From Octopus sinensis (lineage: Eukaryota), in NCBI RefSeq assembly GCF_006345805.1, contig NC_043015.1, positions 51,522,001 through 51,586,000 on the forward strand: a DNA stretch of 64,000 nt, written 5' to 3'. Of the stretch, positions 52,392 through 63,636 are shown piece by piece. Within the stretch, counting starts at the first letter, position 1. Each line of letters starts with the position of its first letter. The notes under the pieces were generated by a model, which was not told where the DNA came from, did not search any database, and saw only the letters and a program-made list of their open reading frames with translations. A program made the position numbers and the translations under genes.

Positions 52392-52995
52392 GCGGTGAGC
52401 TGGCAGAATCGTTAGCACGCCAGACAAAAAATTAAGCAGAATTTCATCCATCTTTACGTTCTGAGTTCAAATTCCACCGAAGTCGACTTTGTCTTTCATC
52501 CTTTCGGTGAAATAAGTACCGATGAAACACTGGGATTGATGTAATCGACCAGCTCCCTCTCTTAAGTTTCAACCCTTGGGCCCATTGTAGAAAGGATTAT
52601 TATTATGGCGATGAGCTGGTAGAATCGTTAGCACGCCGAGCAAAATGCCGGACGGCATTTCGTTCATCCTTATGCTCCGATTTCAAATTCTGCCAAGGTC
52701 GATTTTGCCTTTTATCCTTTCGGGGTCGATAAAATAAGTACCAGTTGCGTACTTGGGTCGATATAATCAACTATCTCCCTCCCCCGAAAATGCTGGCCTT
52801 GTGCCAAAATCATTATTACTATTATTATTATTATAGAATTGTTCGCACGTCGGACAAAGCGCTAAGCAGTATTTCTTTCGTCCTTTATATTTCTGCGTTC
52901 AAATTCCGCCGAGGTCGACTTTTCCTTTTATCCTTTCAGGGTCGATAAAATAAGCCGAGGTTGATGCTATCGACTAGCCTCCTTCCCATAAATTT
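52392..52995 (+). mobile_element. Three tandem SINE family B copies
   Basis: Repeated family-B core separated by (TAT)n. Confidence 0.9.
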
Positions 52996-53359
52996 TTGGG
53001 CATTTTTTTGCCTATAGTAGACAGAAATGGTTAAGGTTTCGTCTTACGACTACGAGGTCCCGTGTTCAATCTCATTCTTTTTTTAATAAAATTTCTTCAT
53101 TCAAAGCTTTTTTTAAAATCCCGAGCAAATATCATTTGCCCTAGCTTCGTCTTGGCCCATACGTTAAGTGAAATTCAGTTGATGGAAACTGCATAGAAAC
53201 CCGCTGGTCAGATTGTACCCGTAACTGAAACGGCTACGGCCTTGTCACACCCTGTGCCACTCTAATACTATTTCACAATCACGTTAAGGGTAAACATATC
53301 CATGGAATACTCAGCCACGTGAGATGTTTATTTAGGAGAGGGTAATTCAGTTGATCAAA

Positions 53360-53945
53360 GGTGGTAAGGTGGAGAATCGTAAGCGCGTCGGACAAAAGTC
53401 TTAGCGGCAATTTATCCGGCTCCTTACGTTCTGAGTTAAAATCCCAGCAAGGTCATTCTTAGTTTTCAGCCCTTTGGGGTTGATAAAAGTACCAATCAAA
53501 TACAGGGGTCAATGTAATCTAATTGTGCCCTCCCCATCAAAATTGCTGGTCTAGATCCCCGCAACAGACAAGAGTCCTGCTTAGAGGTAATGTTGTGATC
53601 CCAGTGACTTATGCTATACGACAAACGCGTAAGCGGCCTTACGAGACTTAGAGATGAAGAAAAAAAAATCTGTTCATCGAATTGAATTCTCATTGTCAAA
53701 GGACGGAGATCCCTCGTACAGGAAGATGACACAAACCTCTGTAAGATTTGAACTCAGAATAGAACTATCGATATTGGTCTCGGCAGTTGACACAAAGCCG
53801 TACATTTTGGGCAGAATGGTATCGTTGATTAGATCGACTAAACTTCCAAGCCGGTATTTTATTTTATTGAACCCGGATGAATGAAAGGCGAACCGACATA
53901 CCGGCACAGCGGGATTTGAATTCATAAAGAAGATGCAACGAGCTA
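53360..53945. mobile_element. Degenerate SINE family B copies in opposite orientations
   Basis: + copy at ~53360-53560 and - copy at ~53690-53945. Confidence 0.6.
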
Positions 53946-53959
53946 CCACAAGACATTTT

Positions 53960-55600
53960 GTTTGATACCCTACCGACTCTGCTAACAGTCACACTAATTT
54001 TGTCACCGTTTTCATCTTTTATTCACTGCACCTTTTGTTCTTCACAAATCCTTCTTCTTCTCTTCTACAACCATACACTCTTCCTCTCCTCCATTCTCCT
54101 TCCTCCTCCTCCATACCTTTGCATCCGCATCCTTCTCAGTTCTTCCTCTCTGTATTTCAATCCCTTCCGCTATCCATCAACTACTCCAGAAATTCCTTTG
54201 GATTCTCCAGCCTCTCCATTTATTATTACTCACACTACTTTGAACATCTCCCAACACACCCTCTCTCTTCTTTCCATATCTCTCCTAGACTTTCTCACCC
54301 TTATCTCTCAGTCTCTCTCTCTCTCTCTCTGGTTCTCACAACTGCTCCAGGAAGCTCGCTTCATAGAGTCAATCTATCATACATTCTCATAATTTACTGT
54401 CAATATTCAACCTTTCCTCTCTTTCTCTCTCTTTCGCTTTTGTTCTCTTCCTCATCTTTACCATTTTTGTTACGCCACTTACGATACCCTCTCTCTCGCT
54501 CCCCCCCTTACACTCACAAACACACACACTATTTCGCACACAAACACACACAATGAATTCTCTCGCATAGCTACATCAACGAGCCTACATCATTAAATCC
54601 TATCCGTCATTCTCTCCCTTACATTCACTGTCAATCTACTTGTTCCTCATTGCTCTATTTCTCTTTCCTCCCTCTCTCTCTAACACCCCCATTCTCTTTC
54701 CACTCCTCTCTCTATAACACCCTCATTCTGTTTTCACCCACTCTCTTCTATTATTCGTTCTCCCTTTGACATCTGCCCTAACCCCAACACTCCTCAATTC
54801 TTTACTTCTGCCTCAATCCAAACCTGAATTCGTGCTTCCTTTTAGTCTATCTACCTGTCTATCGATTTCTCAGTGTACCAACCCACCTCTCAAATTATCT
54901 ATCCATCTACCCCTCTCTTCAATTATCTGTCTATCCATCTACCCCTCTCTCAAATCATCTATCTATCTATCTACCTACCTCTCTCTCAAATCATCTATCT
55001 ATCTACCTACCTCTCTCTCTCTCAAATCATCTATCTACCTACCTACCTCTCTCTCCAATCATCTAGCTACCTTCCTACTTTTATCTCCAAAATTTCTCTT
55101 CGAGAACTCCCATTTTTCTGATCTTCCTCTTTCACTCGCTTCATACCCTTATCTATCTTTTTCCAATTAAGGCATCACATTCTCCCTTCTTCTCCGACCC
55201 CAACTTCCCCGATCCCTAGTCTATCCTCCTCCTCCTTCCATCCCTCCTATACCCTCCCCTATTTCTCTTCTTTTGCTCCTCCTCCACCTCTACTCTCCAA
55301 TCGCTTCGTTCACTATTTACCCTCACCTCCCAAATTTCGAACTCCCACTCTTTCACTTGCCCCTTATTGTTCCATACCCCTCCTACCCCCGTATACCAAT
55401 CGTTTAGTCTCCCCCTCCTTTATGCTCTTTCTTTCTCTCTCTCACCCCTTCATTCTTTCTTTCATACGCTTATGACTTTGCGTTCGCCCTCCTATATTTC
55501 CGCATTTAGCCCATCCGTCATCTCTAATCTTTCTCTTCTTCATCACCCATCTACATTATATTTTCTCCATTCTTTACATACAAATATACACCCTCTCTAG
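53960..55600. repeat. Long pyrimidine-rich low-complexity tract with a ~33-bp tandem unit at 54870-55070
   Basis: G-depleted + strand; ctctctcaaatcatctatctatctacctac is repeated. Confidence 0.8.
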
Positions 55601-55780
55601 TAAAAATCCATTACCAACTGTTATACATCCTTTCCAGCATTCTACGCACCACCAGTCGCTACTATACATTCCTTCGAACCCTTTATACACAACCAGTCAA
55701 TTTACACTATAAATATATTTAATTTTCAAGAAATTAACAAATCCTGAAGAATTAAAAATGATTAAAGAATAAAAATTAGT

Positions 55781-55949
55781 AGGCACAGTGGTAAGTAGCT
55801 TGCTTACCAACCACATGGTTCCGAGTTCAGTCCCACTGCATGGCACCTTGGGCAAGTGTCTTCTACCATAGCCTCAAGCCAACCAAAGCCTTGTGAGCGG
55901 ATTTGGTAGGCGGAATCTGAAAGAAGCCCGTCGTATATATTTCAGGCTG

Positions 55950-55988
<39 letters not shown>

Positions 55989-56132
55989 GTGTGTGTGTGT
56001 GTGTTTACGTCCCCGTAACTTAGCGGTTCAGCAAAGGGACCGATCGAATAAGTACTAGGCTTACAAAGAATAAGTCCTGGGGTTGATTTGCTCGACTAAA
56101 GGCGGGACTCCAGCATGGCCACAGTCAAATGA
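55781..56132 (+). mobile_element. SINE family A
   Basis: Matches the consensus; flanked by a ~60-bp imperfect direct repeat. Confidence 0.9.
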
Positions 56133-56582
56133 GATATATTTAATCTTCAAGAAATTAACAAAATCTGAAGAATTAAAAAATGAATAAAACAATAGCTAAA
56201 TAAATAAAAATCGCTCAGTTATTCAGAGATGCAACACATTTGAAAATTAGTAAATTTAGTCTTAATATATTTGATACAATGAACGCCACAGAAGAATTGA
56301 AAATAATTTTGCGGTGAGGAAAAGACAATTAAGTCAATGATGGAGTATGAAAATAATAATCGCAAATAAGGGAGACAATTCAAGACATGTTTTAATATCA
56401 GACCTCTTTGGAAATCGTACACGTCATTGAAATAGTCATGAGAGAACCAATAGGCAAAAATACAATACTGTACAAAAGTCAGCCTGAAAACTTCACAAAA
56501 GCCAAAAAGAAAAATGGTTATTTACTCAGAGACGCAATCCTCTTGAAGAAAGAGAGACAAAACAATGTTAATGTTATTATAT

Positions 56583-56805
56583 ATTTCTTTACTACCCACA
56601 AGGGGCTAAACATAGAGGGGACAAACAAGGACAGACAAACGGATTAAGTCGATTAGATCGACCCCAGAGCGAAACTGGTACTTTATTTATCGACCCCGAA
56701 AGGATGAAAGGCAAAGTCGACCTCGGCGGAATTTGAACTCAGAACGTAACGACAGACGAAATACCGCTAGGCATTTCGTCCGGCGCGCTAACGTTTCTGC
56801 CAGCT
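56583..56805 (-). mobile_element. SINE family B, near consensus
   Basis: acccacaaggggctaaacatagaggggacaaac...gtcgacctcggcggaatttgaactcagaacgtaac...gctaacgtttctgccagct. Confidence 0.95.
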
Positions 56806-56964
56806 GAGGTACCCGGAAACACCCGGGAGCGGGGATATTCCCAGTGCCCATTACAATGCCCAATTTCTTTCAGACGAAAAAAATGAGATCAAAACATAGG
56901 ACATATGATAAAAAGCATAAGCAAATTCATTCACGAAACAATAATACAAATAAATACGTGTAGA

Positions 56965-57165
56965 AGCGGTAAATGACAATCGTTTGGTCCGCAAGGTTAA
57001 CTTCCGGGCTACAGCTGGGGCTTATGAACATCTGTGTGGCTTGGAAGAACGTGAAAGGAAGCGTTTTACAGAACATAAAGCACGACCAGGTTCGGGAACC
57101 GAAACCATGATCTCACCATCTTGAGCGCAACACGCAAAGCAAATAGGCCACGCGTCTTCACAGAA
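56965..57165 (-). mobile_element. SINE, family C-like
   Basis: gttcgggaaccgaaaccatgatc...aggccacgcgtcttcac. Confidence 0.6.
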
Positions 57166-57884
57166 ACGGATTAACGTATAGCAAAAGTATTATAAAATTC
57201 TTGAACTGTAAATCTGACCCCTTTCGGGTTTGTTAATAACACAGTAATTAATATTTTACTGTAGGCGTTAGCACTTCAATCTGCCATCACTTTTGAATAA
57301 TACTTTTTCAATTGTTACGCATGCGTTTTGTCTTGATTCTGCTTTCTGATCTTCAAGTGTAATCGAGATAATATCTTGAATTTCATTCTTTATTCCGACA
57401 CTATTCTTTGTTGATATCCGCTTTCTTTTTCATAAGCGGACTGATGGTGCAAGCCTTAAGTGACATTGTGCACTCAACGTTGCCCAATCCGCTTTTCACA
57501 ATTAATCCTTCTTCGTAGAAAGGTCAGCACCTTCATTAAATGTAATGTATCTGGCTTGATCCTCATTAACATGGGAAATATATGGCTTCTGCAATCTTTA
57601 CAAACATGATAAGCTTTTGTAGCCTGAACGTTAAAAGTTATTATCTGAGAAAATCCACGCTTTTGTAATTTGTCGTGCATTATTTGTTCTGAACAAAAAA
57701 AAATAAAGAAAAGAATTCTTCGATAAGGTCATAAACTGTGACGAAAGGACTTCGACAGACTCATCGATTAATGAATTGATTAATTATTTAACCGATTCGT
57801 TATAAAACTGTTGTGAAACGTAAACGGTGCGCGTGATTTTATTCACGATGCCAACCTCCCAAAATATAATAATAATAATAATCT

Positions 57885-58085
57885 TTTCTACTATAGGCAC
57901 AAGGCCTGGAATTTGTGGGAAGGGGGATAGTCGATTACATCAATCGACCCGAGTTCATGACTGGTGATTAATTTATCGACCTCGAACGGATGAAAAGCAA
58001 AGTCAACTTCGCTGGAATTTGAACCCAGAATAGTGATTTCAAATTTTGCCCGGCGTGCTAACGATTCTGCTAGCTCGCTGCTTTT
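57885..58085 (-). mobile_element. SINE family B
   Basis: ataggcacaaggcctggaatttg...gatgaaaagcaaagtcaacttc...cgtgctaacgattctgctagctcgc. Confidence 0.85.
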
Positions 58086-58500
58086 ACTATAATAATAATA
58101 AATGAACAGAACAAACGGTGAGGGCAAACAATGTCCAGTGTTTGTCTATTCTTTTGATGCATTTGTCGTTGTCCAAGCTTTGCTACTATAGGACCGAAGG
58201 ACGGACTTTTTCTATGTAGTCTTTAAAAGTAGCAGTTTGAGTTGATCAATAAACGAAAAATATATAATAGAGTAATGTTGAAAAAAATGATCTTCGTCTC
58301 ATTAGAACAATTTTTCTGAGGAAACCAAATCCAGAATTTTTCGACTCGATAATATCGGGTTGGGCACTTTTGAGATTTTCTTTTCTTTATAAGTTTAAAA
58401 TTAGGAATATCCATCATTGTTGAAATATGTGGAAAACAATATGTTAGAAAATTTTAATTGTTTTAAACAAAAATAAATAATTTAAATTTCTGGATTTTAG

Positions 58501-58801
58501 CTTGCTTTGTGCCTTCAAATTGTGATGAAGAAAATCATAGGGTCACCCTCGTGACATACAAGGAGTGTCAGATATTTAAACCTGCCGGATCCGCTCCCTT
58601 TCTAGATCTTACCACATCGGATTTCTTCTTGAGAGAGAGAAAGAGTGAATCGTTCTCAGTACTAGAGTGGTCGACCCCCGCAATAATGAGTGCACATTTG
58701 ACTCCGGAGAGATTTCAAATCAGTGACACGGATCAAATATCAACGGGCGTTCTATCCGGCGCTCTAACAGCCGTGCCAACTCTACATGTTATTGACCTTA
58801 G
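58501..58801 (+). CDS. Open internal exon of a leucine-rich-repeat protein gene
   Basis: Acceptor ttttag|, donor ag|gtacat, 301 nt with no stop (phase 1 to 2). Reads ACFVPSNCDEENHRVTLVTYKEC...GVLSGALTAVPTLHVIDL. Spliced to 59851 it gives LHVIDLRKCSI, matching LxxLxLxxCxL. Confidence 0.6.
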
Positions 58802-58857
58802 GTACATATCTGTTGGAAAGCAGCAAAAAGCCAGAATGATTTTTCTTCCTTTTTTTT

Positions 58858-59040
58858 TTCCTTGTTACAGTCATTGGACTGCGGCCCAACTGGGCCATCG
58901 ATTTAAAGGGTTTAGTCGAACAAGTTAACCACAGTACCTATTTTTAATTTTGGTTCTTATTCTGTCGTCCATGTTTTGCCGAGCCGCTAATTGTATGAGG
59001 ACGTAAACAAATCAACAACTGTTGTCCAGCGGTAGGGGAA
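58858..59040 (-). mobile_element. SINE family A, 3' part
   Basis: cagtcattggactgcggcccaactgggc...gccgagccgctaa...gacgtaaac. Confidence 0.7.
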
Positions 59041-59044
59041 CATG

Positions 59045-59212
59045 CAAGTGCACAGGAGAATCACTTAATTATGATTTTGTTCAACATATTCCTCCTCTCG
59101 GATTCACACTTATTGCATCAGTCCTTCAGTTTTTCTAAGGCCTGTAAAAGAACTCAGTAGGTTTAACCTCCAACCAGGCCTTTTGCCAGAAACTTTTCAG
59201 CACCCCTACGTG
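59045..59212. mobile_element. Mariner-derived MITE (partial), same family as 12427-12650
   Basis: attatgatttt...gattcacact...gtccttcagtttttctaag...aaaagaactcag...caggccttttgc is shared. Confidence 0.7.
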
Positions 59213-59340
59213 TGTAGGTGTTATCTATCTATGTATATCTATTTATCTGTCTGGGGAGTGTCATTCTCTTTTAGTGCCTTATTGCTTAATACTCACTGGT
59301 TCGATTTCCACTTACTTTTTTCTAAAACTTTCGTTGTGTC

Positions 59341-59429
59341 TTGCATCCTTTTCAATAGTGGTTGACTTTGTCCGTTATCAGAGTTGCTTTGATAACGGAC
59401 AGAATCAACGACTATTGAAAAGGCTGCAA
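59341..59429. repeat. Near-perfect 40-bp-stem hairpin
   Basis: ttgcatccttttcaatagtggttgactttgtccgttatca [9-nt loop] tgataacggacagaatcaacgactattgaaaaggctgcaa. Confidence 0.9.
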
Positions 59430-59529
59430 TATAAGTTCAGAAAAAGCAAATGAGTGGAAAAGTAAATTCAGTACACGAATTCACAAAGATTCTTGCAAAC
59501 CAAATCCCAAAACGAGATTATATATATAT

Positions 59530-59660
59530 ACACATACATACACACACACGCACAAGGCTTCACACAGTTTCTGTCTAACCATTCACTCAAGAAGACATAT
59601 CAGTCCGGTGGCTACAGTAGAAGACCCTTGCCCAAAGTGCGGCGCAGTGGGACCGAACTC
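59530..59660 (-). mobile_element. SINE family A, 5' fragment
   Basis: ctacagtagaagacccttgcccaaagtgcggcgcagtgggaccgaac. Confidence 0.7.
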
Positions 59661-60881
59661 TTAATCGCGCAGCATTGCCAGAGTCAGGATTACCTCGATT
59701 CTTTCTAATATTAAACTATTCGTCCCACTTTGTTTTGAGTTCAAATCACAGCAAAATCCCCTTTGACTTTCTTCACTTCCCTCACAAAATGCATTTAGTG
59801 GTGAGATAGTAACCCAATTAACTGTGTCGATCTTTTTTTTTCTTTTTCAGGAAATGTAGTATTTCTTATGCAGACGTTACGAAATCGTTATATAACAAAC
59901 GCAATGAAATATAGCTTAGACTGATTATTAAAAATGATATGTAGCTGAATTATCATTGTAAATTAATCTCGATTTTCTGTGGTGTGCTTGGAAATCAAAA
60001 TATCCCCATAGCGAATTCCATACATAATAATTTAAAATATTTCTTGAAATTAATGAGAATATAATCTGAAACTTTTTATTGAAATTATTTAGTTCTCATA
60101 CTTCCTATGTTATGAATTCAAGTTTGTCTTTCGTTCTTTTAGGATTGATAAGATAATGTATCAGTCAAATACTGAGGCCAATGTAATTGATTAAACCTCC
60201 CCCCACCTCTTTCTCCATAATTACTGGCTTTGTGCCAATATTTGAAACCATTATTAAGTTCTGTTTCCGTTGTGTCGTATTCGCCTTCCTCTCCCGTACT
60301 TGGTTATCTCACTATCTTTTTAAATATCTTTCTGGCGACCGAGGTACTTAAGAACCACACATAAATGCAGGAATCTTCCGGCAGTCGCTCGATCTGCTAT
60401 AAGCAACAGCCAAATCTCCATCAAATCGCAGGTTCTCGTCGTAAAACAGGAAAGAGACAATGACAGACCTGAAGAAAAATGTCTATTTTCTAGAACTACA
60501 TTATCCCGAAGAAACACGAAGAACTTATTGAAAATTAGTCTCAGAAACTCTGAGAATGGAAAATAAAATAAATGGACGATAACATTACCCTTCGATTATC
60601 ATGGATTATAGATCTGTTCCTTCTGGGTAACTTACTACTAAATTATTCGATTTTTTTAAATGATATTTTCTTGAACAAAAAGGTTTTGTAGATGAATGGT
60701 AAATACTTCTGCTTTATTGACCAGGTCTGTTCTTAAAGTAGTCCTCGAGCAATGTTTCTCAATGTGGGAGCGTAGCGGTATATTGATGAGTGTGGGCATA
60801 AGTGGGGCATAAGTGAGTAAAGAGTAATAACGAACAATAACATTTTAATTATACATCTTCTGACCACCACCTCACGCACGC

Positions 60882-60940
<59 letters not shown>

Positions 60941-61019
60941 ATTAGATATGTACATATATACACAAGGGTACTACATGAGTACCTATATCGCTAATGATAG
61001 AAGTCAAAAAATACTTCTG

Positions 61020-61400
61020 TACTGAACACAGAGGGGACAAACAAAGACAGACAAACGGATTAAGTCGATTACATCGACCCCAGTGCGTAACTGGTAGTTA
61101 TTTAATCGATCCTGAAAGAATGAAAGGCAAAGTCGACCTCGGCAGAATCTGAACTCAGAACGTAAAGACAGACGAAATACCTGTTTCTTTATTACCCACA
61201 AGAGGCTAAACACAGAGAGGACAAACAATGATAGATAAACGGATTAAGTCGATTACATCGACCCCAGTGCGTAACTGGTACTTAATTTATCGACCCCGAA
61301 AGGATGAAACGCAAAATCGACCTCGGCGGAATTTGAACTCAGAACGAAACACCGCTTGGCATTTCGCTCGGCGTGCTAACGTTTGTACCAGCTCGCCGCC
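61020..61400 (-). mobile_element. Two tandem SINE family B copies
   Basis: aaacggattaagtcgattacatcgaccccagtgcgtaactggta occurs twice. Confidence 0.95.
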
Positions 61401-63307
61401 TTATGGATACGCCGATAATGAAAACTCCATGTGATCGAATGATCAGGTAAAGGCAACAGATATCAGATAAGAAAAAAAGCCGAGGCATTGGTTAATGTGT
61501 TCTATCAGCTTGAGAAGATTCATTTCCAATTTTGCGCAAAACATCTTTTTCTTTACTGAAATTAGGTGGCGTAACTAGGAAGTACGATGAGTTGTATATT
61601 TATTTTTGATACGTTCAGATAGTTTCGAACATGTATATACTAATCGATTTTCTGTTTCGTCACAGCCAAACAACTTCTGTACAACGAATACGTTTTCATA
61701 AAACACGAGAGTCATTAGTACAAAAGACTCTAGGACAGTCACTGTTTCGACATCCTTGTATCTCGTCAATGAAAGGCACTCCCGACCAATTAACCTTTAG
61801 TTTTACATTCGGAAGACAAACTGCTTGGTGATCCGTGCTGTTCTCTGTCAACTGATAATAAATTGTCATTTGCACGGTGAGCAAGAATCGAAACGATGAC
61901 TTGCATGTTTAGTTTTAATACGTTCCGACAGGTTTGAACATGGATATGCTAATCGCTGTTGCGTTGCATTACAAGTCCGCGGTGCGTCTGGTAGAGAAGA
62001 TTTCAAAAGAACCTATGTCTCAGAGTCCCTTGCCCTGATGAATCGAGTGGGTAATTAACAGATATTCATGAACACATAGTCATAAAGAAAAAGCTGTTAC
62101 CTTGTGATGAAAGACAACAGCGATTAGCACATTCACGTTCAAATCTGCCTAGACGTATTAAGAATCCATATGCAAATCATCGCTTTCACCCTATCTATTT
62201 ACCGTGCTTATGAAGTTTTTTTATTTTATCAAGAAAGTAGTTTTATTGAAAATTGATTGGTGGATTCTTAAAAAAGACTAGCCAATGATTAATGAAGAAT
62301 TTAGCAGACCATTAAAATATTCATATCACTGTTGAACGATCTTCTTTGAATCGTTAATCAGTATTTCGCATTGGAAGCAAAAGAATTTGCGAGAGGAACA
62401 TAATCTTACTTTATACGAGGGTAAATTTCTTTTATAAAATTCTTGCGCTATGTTATCGGAAAATACACACATTTAAAACATCTTTCGCTTTTCATGCCTC
62501 CGATTTCTTACCGAATCTTAAATTCAACACGTTTGCATATCAAGCCAATGAACTGTCATCATTGTCTACATAGAACTCTTTACAAGGATAAGCTTTTAAA
62601 TGTCTATTATTACCGTTAGAACTAATTGTTACTTTCGGATTTCAAAACGCGATCTTTCGAATTTTGGTAGACCTTTATTTTCACGATATTCATTTTCGTA
62701 GTTTCTACCAATACCTTTAAACTTTGCCTAGAAGGTATTACAATTAGCTTTGCAGCTTTGATCTTTAAAACTGGAAAACTCTGCTAATTCTGGGTCCTGC
62801 ATTCAACGTTAGTTTAACGCGAGCAAATCATGAACCTTGTTGAAAGGTGGAGCGCTTTAAGCTCAAATATCTCACATCACTGAGATCTTCTCTTAAAGTC
62901 AAAAACATAATCATATGCCATTTCTAGGAATCTGGATAATCCAAGATGTGCACTAATGTATACAACTGTGTGTGTATGCATATGTGTGTGCATATATACG
63001 TATGTGTGTATATCTAATAATGCATTTATGCTTGTATTTATATATAAGGCATATACATATATATATACGCATCTCTCTCTCTCTATGCATATTTTAATTA
63101 GAATCTTCTCGTTGTCCAATGTGCAGCGATTGGATAACATTAATACAACAGACACAAATACTCGAACACTGTCATACAAACACACACATATACACAATTA
63201 ACCGAGCTCCCTAATTAACGACTAGAAAATTTTAATTAAGAGACAAGGGATTACAAATAATTCTTTTTATAAAACGTGTGAATGTGTGTGTGTGTGTATG
63301 TATGTAT

Positions 63308-63475
63308 GCGCAGGCATGGCTGTGTGGTAAGAAGCTGGCTTCCCAACCACACCACATGGTTTCGGGTTCAGTCCCGCTACGTGGCACCTTGGGCAAGTGT
63401 CTTCTACTATAGCCCCGGGCCGACCAAAGCCTTGTAAGTGGATTTGGTAGATGGAAACTGAAAGAAGACCTCATA
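63308..63475 (+). mobile_element. SINE family A, 5' half
   Basis: gcaggcatggctgtgtggtaag...ggcaccttgggcaagtgtcttctactatagcc...ggaaactgaaagaag. Confidence 0.9.
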
Positions 63476-63601
63476 TATATCTTTTTGTGTCCCCCAACTA
63501 TCGGTTATATATATATATATATAAATAAATGTGACTTCGTGTGTACCGTTGGCGATTTTTTTTCCTCTGTATTCCCTTCTCTGGATCTTTCCTTCTCCTA
63601 T

Positions 63602-63636
63602 GTTTCCGACGAAGAGCTCCGCTCGAAACGTTAAAC
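63602..63636 (+). ncRNA. Minimal hammerhead-like motif in a Penelope-like end (U4 changed to C)
   Basis: gttt-ccgacga-a-gagc-tcc-gctc-gaaa-cg-t-t-aaac. Confidence 0.45.

Noticed and set aside
62030-62070. ctgatga motif
   Set aside because: No stem II or GAAA downstream.
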